A DNA stretch of 64,000 bases, from the NCBI GenBank assembly GCA_963796055.1, contig CAWCKH010000001.1:128001-192000 (forward strand), written 5' to 3'. Both the position numbers and the translations under genes were made by a program. Below, one piece after another: positions 46,095-55,891 of this stretch; the first letter of the stretch is position 1; each line of letters begins with the position of its first letter. This stretch comes from an uncultured delta proteobacterium. GTDB taxonomy: Bacteria; Myxococcota; Myxococcia; Myxococcales; Myxococcaceae. Under the pieces are notes generated by a model. It was not told the DNA's origin. It searched no databases and saw nothing but the letters and a program-made list of their open reading frames with translations.

Positions 46095-48758
46095 ATGTCC
46101 GCCGTCTCCGCCGAACTGCACGCGCTTCCTCCCACGCCCCAGCGGGTCTGCTCCCAGGCCCTGGTCGCGTCGATCCCTCCCTTCCCCGCGAAGGGGAGCC
46201 TCGGAGAGCGCCTGCGTCAGCACCGGACCGAGTCGCTCGCCCGCGTCCGCGCCTTTCACGCAGGGGGCGGTGCGGGCCTCTCCACGGCCCGGCTGGTGAC
46301 CGCCGCGGCCGACGAAGCGCTGGGGGCGCTGTGGGACGTCCTGGCGCCGGCCCACAAGCTGGTGGGCGCGGTGCTGATCGGAGTGGGCGGGACCGGACGG
46401 CGGGAGATGAGCCCCGGCTCCGACTGGGACCTCGTTCTGCTACACACCGGCCGGGGCGAGGTGGCGAGCTTCGCCCGGGCGTTCTCCACCGCGCTCTGGG
46501 ACGCCCGGGTCCACCTCGGCTGGAGCGTGCGCACCCTGGCCGAGGCGACCGGTGCGGCACGGGAGGACACCGACCTTCGCACCGCGCTCCTCGACGCCCG
46601 GCGCATCGCCGGGGACGGCCGGCTGTGGGGCCGCGTCGAGCGCACCTTGCTCGCCGAGCAGCGGACGCGCGACGTCGACGGCTTCGTCCAGGCCAAGGCC
46701 AGGGAGGTCGCTGCACGGCACGAGAAGTTCGGAGACACGGTCTTCCTGCTGGAGCCCAACGTGAAGCAGGGCCAGGGCGGGCTGCGGGACCTCGAGGCCG
46801 CTCTCTGGGTGGCCCAGGTCCGCTTCCACGCCCGGACCCTGGGCCAGGTGCTGGAGCGTGGGGTCCTTCCCCGGCACGACGTGGCCGAGGCCCGCGCCGC
46901 GCGCGACTTCCTGATGCGCGTCCGCCACGCCGCCCATCTCGCCACCGGTCGGAAGGAGGATCGGCTCACCTTCGAGCTGCAGACGAGCCTCTCGCAGGAG
47001 CTGGGCTACCGGACCGGCCCCGAGGGCGCGGCGGTGGAGCGCTTCATGCGCCACGTCTACCTCGCCGCCGGCACGTTGCGCCGGGTGGCGGACGCGGTCC
47101 TGGCCCGGGCCGAGGAGGAGCGTGCGCCCCGGCGCATCTTCCGCTCCGAGCGCAGGGTGGGCCACTTCAAGGTGTTCCGCGGCCGGCTCACCGTGGACGA
47201 CGGCACGCTGTTCCAGCGCGCCCCCGCCGAGGTGCTGCGGCTGTTCCAGCACGCGGGCGAGCTGGGGGTCCCCATCTACAGCTGGGCGCGCGAGCGCATC
47301 AGCGAGGCCCTGCCGGCTCTGGCGGCCGCCCGCGGTGACCCCGAGGTGGTGGAGGCGCTCAAGGCGCTGTTCCGCTCCCCGGCGGGGCAGGGCGCGGTGC
47401 TGGACGAGATGCACGCTCTCGGCGTGCTGGGGGCGCTGGTACCCGAGTTCGGGCGCATCACCGCCCACCACCAGAACGACCTGTACCACGTGTACACCGT
47501 GGACGTTCACACCCTTCGCGCGCTCCACCGGCTGTACGCGCTGCAGGCCGGGGACCTGGTGGATGTCGAGCCGGAGCTCGGGCGGCTGATGGCCGACCTC
47601 GAGGACCCTCTGCCCCTCTACCTGGGCATGCTCCTCCACGACGCGGGGAAGGGCCTGGGCGGCGATCACTCCGTCCGGGGTTGCGAGCTGATGGCCACGC
47701 TCGGCGAGCGACTCGGGCTCACCCGACGTCAGCGGGAGGTGGCCGAGTTCCTGGTCCTGCACCACCTGACGTTGAGCCAGACGGCGCAGCGGCGCGACCT
47801 GTCGGACCCGGAGCTCATCCGCTGGTTCGCCGACCTCTGCGGCGACCCGGAGAAGCTCGACGCGCTCTACCTCCTCACCTGGGCGGACATGTGCTCGGTC
47901 GCTCCCGGGATGTGGAACGCCTGGCGCGCCGGGCTGGTCCAGGAGCTCTACCGCAAGGCGCACGCGGTGCTCTCGGGGAAGCAGGGCACCGAGCGGACGG
48001 CGCGCGAGGCGTTCTCCGAGGCCTGGATCCGCAGGCTGGGAGTCGAGGAGGCCAACCGTCTCCTCCTGGCGCTGCCCGACCGGTACTTCGACGCGACCCC
48101 GCCGGCGGACGCGCTCCGGCACGCGGTGCTGCTCCGTCGCGCCCGGCGCTTCCCTATCGCCGCGGTGCTCCGACGGACGCTGGAGGGGCACGCCGAGGTG
48201 CACGTGGCCGCGCCCGACGCCCCGGGGCTGCTGGCCACCTGGAGTGGGGTGCTCGCCGCGCACGGCCTGGACATCCTCTCGGCGCGTATCGTGTCCACCG
48301 CCGACGGCTATGCGCTGGACGTCTTCGAGGTGCGCGGGCGCGCCGGGCGGCCGGTGGAGCGCACGCGCTGGCGCCGGGCCCGGGCGGATCTCGTCGCTGC
48401 CGCGCGGGGGAAGCTCGACGTGCCGGCGCTGCTCGCCCGCCGCCGCGGGGGAAAGATTCTCCACCGGGCGCTGCCGCCGGTGGCGACCCGGGTGAGCGTC
48501 GACAACCGCGCCTCGCAGGGCTTCACCGTCGTGGACGTGCGGGGCGAGGACCGGCTGGGGCTGCTCCACGACCTCGCCGCGGCGCTGGCCGGCGCACGGC
48601 TGGAGATCGCCGTGGCCAAGGTCGCCACCGAGGCCAACCGGGCCATCGACTCCTTCTACGTCACCCGCGGAGGCGAGAAGCTGACCGACCCCGCCGAGGT
48701 GGAGGCGGTGCGAGCGCAGCTCGCCGCTGCGGTCCCTGCCCCCACGGTCGGAGGGTAG
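46095..48758 (+). CDS. glnD: Bifunctional uridylyltransferase/uridylyl-removing enzyme GlnD
   Basis: GGTGRREMSPGSDWDL, EPNVKQGQGGLRD, YHVYTVDVH, LLHDAGKG, two ACT domains (DAPGLL, DRLGLL). Confidence 0.95.
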   Translation: MSAVSAELHALPPTPQRVCSQALVASIPPFPAKGSLGERLRQHRTESLARVRAFHAGGGAGLSTARLVTAAADEALGALWDVLAPAHKLVGAVLIGVGGTGRREMSPGSDWDLVLLHTGRGEVASFARAFSTALWDARVHLGWSVRTLAEATGAAREDTDLRTALLDARRIAGDGRLWGRVERTLLAEQRTRDVDGFVQAKAREVAARHEKFGDTVFLLEPNVKQGQGGLRDLEAALWVAQVRFHARTLGQVLERGVLPRHDVAEARAARDFLMRVRHAAHLATGRKEDRLTFELQTSLSQELGYRTGPEGAAVERFMRHVYLAAGTLRRVADAVLARAEEERAPRRIFRSERRVGHFKVFRGRLTVDDGTLFQRAPAEVLRLFQHAGELGVPIYSWARERISEALPALAAARGDPEVVEALKALFRSPAGQGAVLDEMHALGVLGALVPEFGRITAHHQNDLYHVYTVDVHTLRALHRLYALQAGDLVDVEPELGRLMADLEDPLPLYLGMLLHDAGKGLGGDHSVRGCELMATLGERLGLTRRQREVAEFLVLHHLTLSQTAQRRDLSDPELIRWFADLCGDPEKLDALYLLTWADMCSVAPGMWNAWRAGLVQELYRKAHAVLSGKQGTERTAREAFSEAWIRRLGVEEANRLLLALPDRYFDATPPADALRHAVLLRRARRFPIAAVLRRTLEGHAEVHVAAPDAPGLLATWSGVLAAHGLDILSARIVSTADGYALDVFEVRGRAGRPVERTRWRRARADLVAAARGKLDVPALLARRRGGKILHRALPPVATRVSVDNRASQGFTVVDVRGEDRLGLLHDLAAALAGARLEIAVAKVATEANRAIDSFYVTRGGEKLTDPAEVEAVRAQLAAAVPAPTVGG

Positions 48759-48886
48759 CCAGGCGACCAAGCCTTCCGTGCTGCGGGGCCCGGTCGTGCG
48801 CTCCCTCGAGACGGAATGAATCCAACGTGCGGCGGGTTGCCCCCACGAAGGCCAGGAGTTTCCGACCTGAGGCCGGTGCATCGGTC

Positions 48887-48910
48887 AAGTTCCCGAAACC
48901 GCGGGAACTT
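48887..48910. promoter_or_regulatory. Perfect 9-bp inverted repeat, candidate activator site
   Basis: AAGTTCCCG-N6-CGGGAACTT in the intergenic region upstream of the stress-protein gene. Confidence 0.45.
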
Positions 48911-49066
48911 TCACCTGGCGCCGGGCGGAGGGAAGGTGCAGCTTCTCGGTCGAATGCCTGGCTGTGCACGGGTCTTGCTTGCGTTTCCCGTGCGCCGTCG
49001 CACCTTGCGTCCTAAGGAGCGGAGCGAGGGCTGGTCGGGGTGGCCGCGAAGGGAAAGAGGAAAGCA

Positions 49067-49465
49067 ATGACGGACAAGGACAACAAGGGAAGCATGACCG
49101 TGGCGGAGGCCGGGAGAAAAGGCGGGGAGACGGTCCGGAACGAGCGCGGCCGGGAGTTCTACGAGACGATCGGCAGAAAGGGTGGGGCGACCGTCAAGGC
49201 GGAGCGCGGGCGCGCGTTCTACGAGGAGATCGGCCGCAAGGGCGGCGAGACGGTCAAGGCCGAGCGCGGCGCCAAGTTCTACGAGGAGATCGGCAAGAAG
49301 GGCGGCGACCGGGTGAAGGCCACCCGGGGCCCGAACTTCTACGAGGAGATCGGCCGCAAGGGTGGGCAGAAGGTCAAGAAGCTCATCGAAGAGGGAAAGC
49401 GGGCGGCGCGCGAAGCGGCGGCGGCGCCGTCGAGCAACGGCGGACACGAGCCCTCGAAGGGTTGA
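49067..49465 (+). CDS. General stress protein with 20-aa KGG repeats (GsiB/Em-like)
   Basis: MTVAEAGRKGG followed by repeats of G(R/K)KGG.(T/R)V...RG..FYE.I at a 60-bp period (49112, 49172, 49232, 49292, 49352); GAGGA RBS. Confidence 0.9.
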   Translation: MTDKDNKGSMTVAEAGRKGGETVRNERGREFYETIGRKGGATVKAERGRAFYEEIGRKGGETVKAERGAKFYEEIGKKGGDRVKATRGPNFYEEIGRKGGQKVKKLIEEGKRAAREAAAAPSSNGGHEPSKG

Positions 49466-49477
49466 TATGCGAGGGGC

Positions 49478-50134
49478 GTGACCGCGCCCCTCGTTCCGGT
49501 CGACGGACGGCATCCGCAACCGCGGACGGTCGAGCATGCCGTGCAGTCTCTCCAGGATGGAGAGCTGCTCGGCTACCCCAGTGACACCACGTACGCCCTC
49601 GGCTGCGACGCCCACCAGCGCCGAGCCGTGGAGCGGCTGGCGCAGCTGAAGCACCGAGATCCCAGGAAGCCGTTCGCCCTGCTGGTGGCGGACCTCTCGG
49701 ACCTTGCGCGCTACGCCCAGGTCAGCAACTTCGCCTACCGGGTGCTGCGGCAGCTGGCGCCCGGACCGTTCACCTTCGTGCTTCCGGCCACCCGGCTGGT
49801 GCCGGAGCTGCTGCTGCACCGAAAGCGCGAGGTCGGCCTCCGGATTCCGGACGCGCCAGTGGCGCGGGCCCTGGTGCGCGGGCTCGGCCGGCCGCTGGTG
49901 ACCACCACCGCCACCGCGCTCGAGGAGCAGCTCGACGGCGGCCGCGGCCGCACCATCCGGGTGGAGGGTGAGTCCCTGACCGACGCCGGCGAGGTACGCG
50001 ACACGTACGGCCATGCCCTCGCCCAGGTGCTCGACGCGGGGCCGTTGCCCGGCGACCCCAGCACCGTCCTCTCGCTCATGGGTGACAGCCTCGAGGTGCT
50101 GCGCCAGGGCGCGGGGCTCGTCGCCGGGCCGTAG
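49478..50134 (+). CDS. Sua5/YciO/YrdC family protein (threonylcarbamoyl-AMP synthase-like)
   Basis: YPSDTTYALGC, LKHR, PGPFTFVL, VGLRIPD, PSTVL, LRQGAG. Confidence 0.9.
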   Translation: MTAPLVPVDGRHPQPRTVEHAVQSLQDGELLGYPSDTTYALGCDAHQRRAVERLAQLKHRDPRKPFALLVADLSDLARYAQVSNFAYRVLRQLAPGPFTFVLPATRLVPELLLHRKREVGLRIPDAPVARALVRGLGRPLVTTTATALEEQLDGGRGRTIRVEGESLTDAGEVRDTYGHALAQVLDAGPLPGDPSTVLSLMGDSLEVLRQGAGLVAGP

Positions 50135-50181
50135 AAAACTGTTCCCCCGCGCAGGCAGGGCTACGGTTGTCGGGAGGGTCC

Positions 50182-51096
50182 ATGCCCGCTTCCTCGCGCC
50201 CGCTGGAGCCGTACCTCGACGCCTTCGTCGCCTACCTCCGGGCGGAGCGCGGGCTGTCCCCGAGGACCGTGGAGGCGTACGCCACGGACCTGGTGGACTA
50301 CCTGGATTCTCTGCCGCGAACCGAGGTGCGAACGGCCGACGCAGTCAGGCAGGAGCACGTGCGGAGGCACCTGGCCACGCTCGGCCGGCGGCTCTCCCCG
50401 CGGAGCCAGGCCCGCCACCTGGCGGCCATCCGCATGTTCCATCGCTTCCTGGTGGCCGAGCGCCACGCGAAGGACGACCCCACCGAGCAGGTGGAGACCC
50501 CCCGCCCCTCGCGGCGCCTCCCGGTCTTCCTCACCCTCGAGGAGGTGGAGGCCCTTCTGGAAGCGCCGAGGGAGACGACGGCCGCGGGGCTCCGCGACCG
50601 GGCGATGCTGCACGTGCTCTACGCCACCGGACTCCGCGTCAGCGAGCTGGTGGGGCTGACCGTCAACTCGGTCCAGCTCGACGGCGGCTACCTCGTCGCC
50701 CGGGGGAAGGGCGACAAGGAGCGGCTGGTGCCGCTCGGGCGGCGAGCGGTGGCCGCCGTCCGGGGCTGGCTCGCCAGCGGCCGTCCGCAGCTTCTCCGTG
50801 GGCGCCCCTGCAGGGCGCTCTTCGTCGGGCCTCGGGGCACGGCGCTCACCCGCCAGGGAGTGTGGAAGCTGCTGCGGAGGCACGCGCTCGCCGCCGGCAT
50901 CCGCAAGCCGCTGAGCCCGCACAAGCTCCGCCACTCCTTCGCCACCCACCTCGTCGAGCGCGGGGCGGATCTCCGGGTGGTGCAGGCGATGCTCGGCCAC
51001 GCCGACCTCGCCACCACCCAGATCTACACCCACGTCGACGGCCGGCGGCTCCGCGCGGTCTACGACGCAGCCCACCCGCGCAGCCGGAGCGGTTAA
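50182..51096 (+). CDS. xerD: Chromosomal tyrosine recombinase XerD
   Basis: ERGLSPRTVEAY, LYATGLRVSEL, GKGDKERLVP, SPHKLRHSFATHL, MLGHADLATTQIYTHV. Confidence 0.93.
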   Translation: MPASSRPLEPYLDAFVAYLRAERGLSPRTVEAYATDLVDYLDSLPRTEVRTADAVRQEHVRRHLATLGRRLSPRSQARHLAAIRMFHRFLVAERHAKDDPTEQVETPRPSRRLPVFLTLEEVEALLEAPRETTAAGLRDRAMLHVLYATGLRVSELVGLTVNSVQLDGGYLVARGKGDKERLVPLGRRAVAAVRGWLASGRPQLLRGRPCRALFVGPRGTALTRQGVWKLLRRHALAAGIRKPLSPHKLRHSFATHLVERGADLRVVQAMLGHADLATTQIYTHVDGRRLRAVYDAAHPRSRSG

Positions 51097-51114
51097 GGTT
51101 TGGCGCTCCGCCCC

Positions 51115-52125
51115 ATGCGCATCCTGTCCGGCATCCAGTCCTCGGGAAAGCAGCACATCGGCAACTACTACGGTGCGCTCCGCCAGTTCGTGGACCTCCA
51201 GAACCGGGGTGAGGCCCTCTACTTCATCGCCAATCTGCACGCCCTGACCACGGTGCGTGACCCGGCTGCCGCCGCCACCCTCACCCGCGAGACGGCGATG
51301 GCCTTCCTCGCGCTCGGGCTGGATCCGGCGAAGGCCATCCTCTTCCGCCAGAGCGACATCCCGGAAGTGCTCGAGCTGTACTGGATCCTCGGCACCGTCG
51401 TGCCGCTGTCCAACCTCGACCGCGCGCACAGCTACAAGGACAAGCTCGCCCGGGGCATCTCGGCCGACTTCGGGCTCTTCGCCTACCCGGTGCTGATGGC
51501 GGCTGACATCCTGCTCTATGGCTCGGACCTGGTGCCGGTGGGGAGGGACCAGGTGCAGCATCTGGAGTTCGCCCGGGACTGGGCTACCAAGTTCAACGTG
51601 AGCTACGTGCCCGGCTACGACCCGGCGGATCCGACCGGGGCGAGGACCGGGAAGGCCGGCATCCTCAAGATTCCCGAGGCCCTGGTCCAGGAGGCGACCG
51701 CGGTGGTCCCGGGCACCGACGGTCAGAAGATGTCCAAGTCCTACAACAACACCATCGACGTCTTCGGCGAGGAGAGCGAGGTGAAGAAGCGGATCATGGG
51801 CATCAAGACCGACAGCACCCCCGTCGAGGCGCCCAAGCCCGTGGACACGCCACTCTACCAGCTCCTGCGGATCGTCCTCCCCGAGAGCGAGTTCGCAGCG
51901 GTGGACCGCTCCTGGCGAGAGGGCGGCAAGGGCTACGGCGAGTACAAGAAGACCTTGCTCACCGCCTACCATGCGACGTTCGACGGGCCGCGAGCCCGCT
52001 ACCAGTCACTGCAGAAGGATCCGCGGGCAGTGGACGCCATCCTTCGCGCCGGGGCGGAGCGGGCCCGGGCGGTCGCCGCTCCGGTCATCGACCGGGTCCG
52101 ACGGGCGGTGGGGATCGAGCGTTGA
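51115..52125 (+). CDS. trpS: Tryptophan--tRNA ligase
   Basis: HIGN and KMSKS motifs, YPVLMAADIL, VPVGRDQ. Confidence 0.97.
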   Translation: MRILSGIQSSGKQHIGNYYGALRQFVDLQNRGEALYFIANLHALTTVRDPAAAATLTRETAMAFLALGLDPAKAILFRQSDIPEVLELYWILGTVVPLSNLDRAHSYKDKLARGISADFGLFAYPVLMAADILLYGSDLVPVGRDQVQHLEFARDWATKFNVSYVPGYDPADPTGARTGKAGILKIPEALVQEATAVVPGTDGQKMSKSYNNTIDVFGEESEVKKRIMGIKTDSTPVEAPKPVDTPLYQLLRIVLPESEFAAVDRSWREGGKGYGEYKKTLLTAYHATFDGPRARYQSLQKDPRAVDAILRAGAERARAVAAPVIDRVRRAVGIER

Positions 52126-52162
52126 CCCCTCGCGGACGGGGCTGGTAGGGCCAGGGCGCACG

Positions 52163-53002
52163 GTGCCCACCCATTCCCAGACCCCGGCCGAGCCGGAGGA
52201 CGTCGAGCAGGCGGGCGTCGCCGCCCTGCACCCCGCCTTCCGGGTTGCGCTGCCTACCTTCGAGGGCCCGCTGGATCTGCTGCTGCACCTCATCCGCGAG
52301 CACAAGCTCGACGTGTTCGACATCCCCGTCGCGCTGATCGCCGAGAAGTACAACCAGTCGCTCGCCCAGATGGTGGCGCTGGACCTGGATGTCGCCGGTG
52401 AGTTCCTGGTGATGGCGGCGACCCTGGCCCACATCAAGAGCCGGCTCCTGCTCCCGCGCACCGAGGCGCCCACCGAGGCAGGCGAGGCGGAGGAGCAGGG
52501 CGATCCGCGCGCCGAGCTGGTGCGGCGGCTGCTCGAGTACCAGAAGTACAAGGACGTGGCCCGCCAGCTCGCCGAGAACCCGCTGCTCGACCGGGAGGTC
52601 TTCGCCCGCCGCATCACCCCGGCGGCCGCGGCGCAGGTCGAGTCGGCGGCGCTGGCCGAGGTGAGCGTCTACCGGCTGATCGAGGCGCTGGACCGGGTCC
52701 TGAAGGCGCTCGAGCCGCGGGTGGGGCACGAGGTGGTGCGCGACCAGCTCACGCTCTCCGCCGCGATGCAGGGCATCACCGCCCGGCTCCGGCCCGGCGA
52801 GCGGATCGGCTTCCTCCAGCTGTTCGAAGGTCAGCGGACCCGTGGCGCGGTGGTGGTCACCTTCCTCGCTTTGCTGGAGATGGTGAAGCTGCGGTTGCTC
52901 CGCGTACACCAGGACGAGGGGTCGAGGGACATCTGGGTATCGGCCGAGGCCGGTTCAATCGAGGGCGGGACCCCGGAGGTCGACGAGCGTGAGTACTCCT
53001 GA
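52163..53002 (+). CDS. scpA: Segregation and condensation protein A
   Basis: FEGPLDLLLHLI, EFLVMAATL..IKSRLLLP, VVTFLALLEM. Confidence 0.95.
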   Translation: MPTHSQTPAEPEDVEQAGVAALHPAFRVALPTFEGPLDLLLHLIREHKLDVFDIPVALIAEKYNQSLAQMVALDLDVAGEFLVMAATLAHIKSRLLLPRTEAPTEAGEAEEQGDPRAELVRRLLEYQKYKDVARQLAENPLLDREVFARRITPAAAAQVESAALAEVSVYRLIEALDRVLKALEPRVGHEVVRDQLTLSAAMQGITARLRPGERIGFLQLFEGQRTRGAVVVTFLALLEMVKLRLLRVHQDEGSRDIWVSAEAGSIEGGTPEVDEREYS

Positions 53003-53945
53003 GAAGCCGGGCGAGGATGGCGAGCGCTCCGGCCCGGCGGTGCCGTTCAGCGAGGCGGAGGTCCGGGCGGTGACCCCGCAGCCGGCGGACGCCGAGCTGG
53101 AAGACGTCGAGCCGGCGGAGATCGACGAGCAGCCGGTGGAGTTCGAACCGTTCGAGCGGCTGGTCCAGCGCAGCAGGCGGCTGCCGCCCGAGCGGGTCCG
53201 GACCGTGGTGGAATCGCTGCTCTTCGTCACCGACAAGCCGGTCACCCTGGACCAGCTGCACGAGGCCACGGGCATCGACCGTCAACGTCTGCAGACGGCG
53301 CTGGAGCAGCTCGGCGGGATCCACCGCGACGGGGTGAGCGGCATCGTCCTCACCGAGGTGGCGGGTGGCTGGCAGCTCCGCACCGATCCGGACAGCGGCG
53401 AGTTCGTGCGGCGCTTCCTGAGGGTGAAGCCACAGCGGCTCACCCGGGCAGCGCTGGAGACGCTGGCGATCATCGCCTACCGCCAGCCGGTGACCCGGCC
53501 GGAGATCGAGGACGTGCGCGGGGTGGACTCGGGCGCGGTGGTGAAGGCGCTCCTCGAGCGGCGATTGATCAAGATCCTGGGAAAGAAGGACGAGGTGGGC
53601 CGGCCGATCCTCTACGGGACCACCCGCGAGTTCCTCGAGTTCTTCGCCCTCAAGGATCTCTCGGCGCTGCCGACGCTGCGCGAGTTCCACGAGCTGTCCG
53701 AGGAGCACCGGACCCTGGTGGACCGCGAGGCGCCGGCACCGCCGACGACCGAGGGTCTGGTGCAGGAGCTGGCCGATCCCGCCTTCGAGCAGGGTCTGGA
53801 GGCCGCCGCCCCCGGTGCGGAGGAGGCAATGGAGGCGCTGGAGCAGGCGATCGAGGAGGCCGAGGCGCGCTCCAAGGCGGCCGCCGCGTCGATCGGTAGC
53901 GAGTCGACCACGCCGCGCCCTGCGCCCGAGGAGACCGACCCGTGA
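52989..53945 (+). CDS. scpB: SMC-Scp complex subunit ScpB
   Basis: ESLLF, EVAGGWQLRT, LETLAIIAYRQPVTR.EIEDVRGV, GRPILYGTT.EFL. Confidence 0.95.
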   Translation: MSTPEKPGEDGERSGPAVPFSEAEVRAVTPQPADAELEDVEPAEIDEQPVEFEPFERLVQRSRRLPPERVRTVVESLLFVTDKPVTLDQLHEATGIDRQRLQTALEQLGGIHRDGVSGIVLTEVAGGWQLRTDPDSGEFVRRFLRVKPQRLTRAALETLAIIAYRQPVTRPEIEDVRGVDSGAVVKALLERRLIKILGKKDEVGRPILYGTTREFLEFFALKDLSALPTLREFHELSEEHRTLVDREAPAPPTTEGLVQELADPAFEQGLEAAAPGAEEAMEALEQAIEEAEARSKAAAASIGSESTTPRPAPEETDP

Positions 53946-55840
53946 GCGAGCGACTGCAGAAGTTCCTCGCCCGCGCGGGGGTGGCCTCGCGCCGCCATGC
54001 CGAGGGGCTGATCACCGCCGGGCGGGTGAGCGTGAACAACCAGCGCGTCACCGAGCTCGGCACCAAGGTGGAGTCGACCGACCTGGTCACGGTGGACGGC
54101 ACGCTGGTGACCGCCCCGGAGAGCACGTCCTGGTACCTGGTGCACAAGCCACCGGGGGTGGTGACCACGCTGTCGGATCCCGAGGGACGGCCCACCGTCG
54201 CCGGGCTGCTCGAGGGCGTGGAGCAGCGGGTCTTTCCGGTCGGGCGGCTGGACTGGGATGCCGAGGGTGCGCTCCTCCTCACCAACGACGGCGCGGCGGC
54301 GCACCGGCTGCTGCACCCGAGCTTCGAGGTGCCCCGGACCTACCTGGTGAAGGTGAAGGGAACGCCCACCGAGGAGACGCTGGCCCGGCTGGTGGAGGGG
54401 GTACGCCTCGAGGATGGTCCGGCGCGCGCGCTGCGGGCGGAGCGCTTCGAGGCCACCGAGCGAAACACCTGGGTCCTCCTCCAGGTCGGCGAGGGGCGGC
54501 CACACCTGGTCAAGCGCCTCTGCGCCGCGGTGGGGCACCCGGTGGTCCGGCTCTTCCGGCCTGCGCAGGCGGGCGTCTCGGTCGCGGGGCTCCAGCCCGG
54601 CGAGCTCCGCCCGCTGACGCCCGAGGAGGTCGATCGGGTCCAGGCGGTGGTCGCGGGGGGCGCCGTGCCCGAGCCTCCCCCCTTCCTTCCGCCGAGGCGG
54701 CACGGCCGGGGTGGCGAGGACGACGAGCGCGCCGACCAGGCGGAGGAGGCGGCCAGAGACGTCGGCACTCCGGCGAGCGGCCCGGAGCCTCGGGGCGCTG
54801 GTCGCGCCGACCGCCGGCATCGGGCGCCCGGCGCAGGGGTGGCCGGGCGTGGCCGGGGTAGGGGTGAAGTCTCACGCGGTGTGGGCCGCCCGTTCGGCGA
54901 TCGCCGGGGTGGCCCGCGTGGCGAGCGGGGGCGATCCGCGGCTCGATCGTTCGGTGGCGAAGGAGCCCGGGGAGGGTCGCGGCGCGCGGGCAGCGGCCGG
55001 TTCGGTGGAGGGCCGGACCAAGACCGGGAGGAAAGGCCCGACCGGAAGAGACCGTCCGCTGGGCGGGGGGGTGGATTCAGGGGCGGTCGGGGTGAAGGCC
55101 GCGCCGGCGCGGGCCCAGGCGGCCGGGACCGAGGGTTCGCTCGGGGCCCGAGGTCGGAGGAAGGCGGTCGGGAACTCCGCGGTGGTCGGGGCGGGAGCTT
55201 CGGTGGAGGCGCGGGCGAGCGACGGAGACCGTTCCCTGGAACCCGGGCTTCTGGCAGCCGGTCGTTCGAGGGACGCGGTGGCGGATTTCGCGGCGGGCGG
55301 GACGACGGCTTCGGTCGAGGCGCCCGGAAGGGACGAGAAGCGTCTGCTGGCACCCCGGCGGCGGGGGGAGGCGGGGGAGGACTTCGTGCTGGTGGTCGGG
55401 GCGGCGGGCGCGCCGGGGCGCGTCCCGGTGGCCCCAGCGGCGGATTCGGTCGAGGCGCGGGCGAGGGACGACGACCCGGCCGTGACAGCGCCTCGTTCGA
55501 GGGACGGCGTGGCGGGTTCGGCGGCGGCGCCGCGGCCTCCGGCAATCGGGACGGTCGCTTCGGTCGAGGACCGGGCGGAGGCGAGGGACGGAGACCCGGT
55601 CGTGAGGCGTCGTTCGGCCGGGGTGGCGGCAGTTTCCGCGCTGGCCCCGGCGCCGGACCGCGTGGGGGGAGTCGGAACGTGGGCCTCCCCGGCGCCGGGC
55701 GCCCACCGGGACACGGTGGATCGACGTCCGGCGGGCGCGGCCGCTTCGGCGCGCTCCCCCGCGGTGGCGGGGAGCGAAGGCCCCGACCCGGAGGACCACG
55801 CGGTGGAGGTGCAGGTGGGAGAGGTGGCGGCCGGCGCTGA
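53942..55840 (+). CDS. rluB: rRNA pseudouridine synthase (RluB-like) with long Arg/Gly-rich tail
   Basis: S4 domain ERLQKFLARAGVASRR, KPPGVVTT, catalytic VGRLD, LLLTNDG; follows scpB. Confidence 0.88.
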   Translation: MSERLQKFLARAGVASRRHAEGLITAGRVSVNNQRVTELGTKVESTDLVTVDGTLVTAPESTSWYLVHKPPGVVTTLSDPEGRPTVAGLLEGVEQRVFPVGRLDWDAEGALLLTNDGAAAHRLLHPSFEVPRTYLVKVKGTPTEETLARLVEGVRLEDGPARALRAERFEATERNTWVLLQVGEGRPHLVKRLCAAVGHPVVRLFRPAQAGVSVAGLQPGELRPLTPEEVDRVQAVVAGGAVPEPPPFLPPRRHGRGGEDDERADQAEEAARDVGTPASGPEPRGAGRADRRHRAPGAGVAGRGRGRGEVSRGVGRPFGDRRGGPRGERGRSAARSFGGEGARGGSRRAGSGRFGGGPDQDREERPDRKRPSAGRGGGFRGGRGEGRAGAGPGGRDRGFARGPRSEEGGRELRGGRGGSFGGGAGERRRPFPGTRASGSRSFEGRGGGFRGGRDDGFGRGARKGREASAGTPAAGGGGGGLRAGGRGGGRAGARPGGPSGGFGRGAGEGRRPGRDSASFEGRRGGFGGGAAASGNRDGRFGRGPGGGEGRRPGREASFGRGGGSFRAGPGAGPRGGSRNVGLPGAGRPPGHGGSTSGGRGRFGALPRGGGERRPRPGGPRGGGAGGRGGGRR

Positions 55841-55891
55841 GGCCGGCGCTCACGGCGCGTCCTCGGGGTGAGGTAAAACCCCGTCCCATCG

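Noticed and set aside
49112..49375. 60-bp periodic DNA repeat as a non-coding array
   Set aside because: Fully explained by the 20-aa KGG repeats of the stress protein, with variation largely at synonymous positions.
50182..51096. Phage or island integrase
   Set aside because: Typical XerD motifs in a housekeeping context (trpS, scpAB); no att sites, cargo genes or compositional shift seen.
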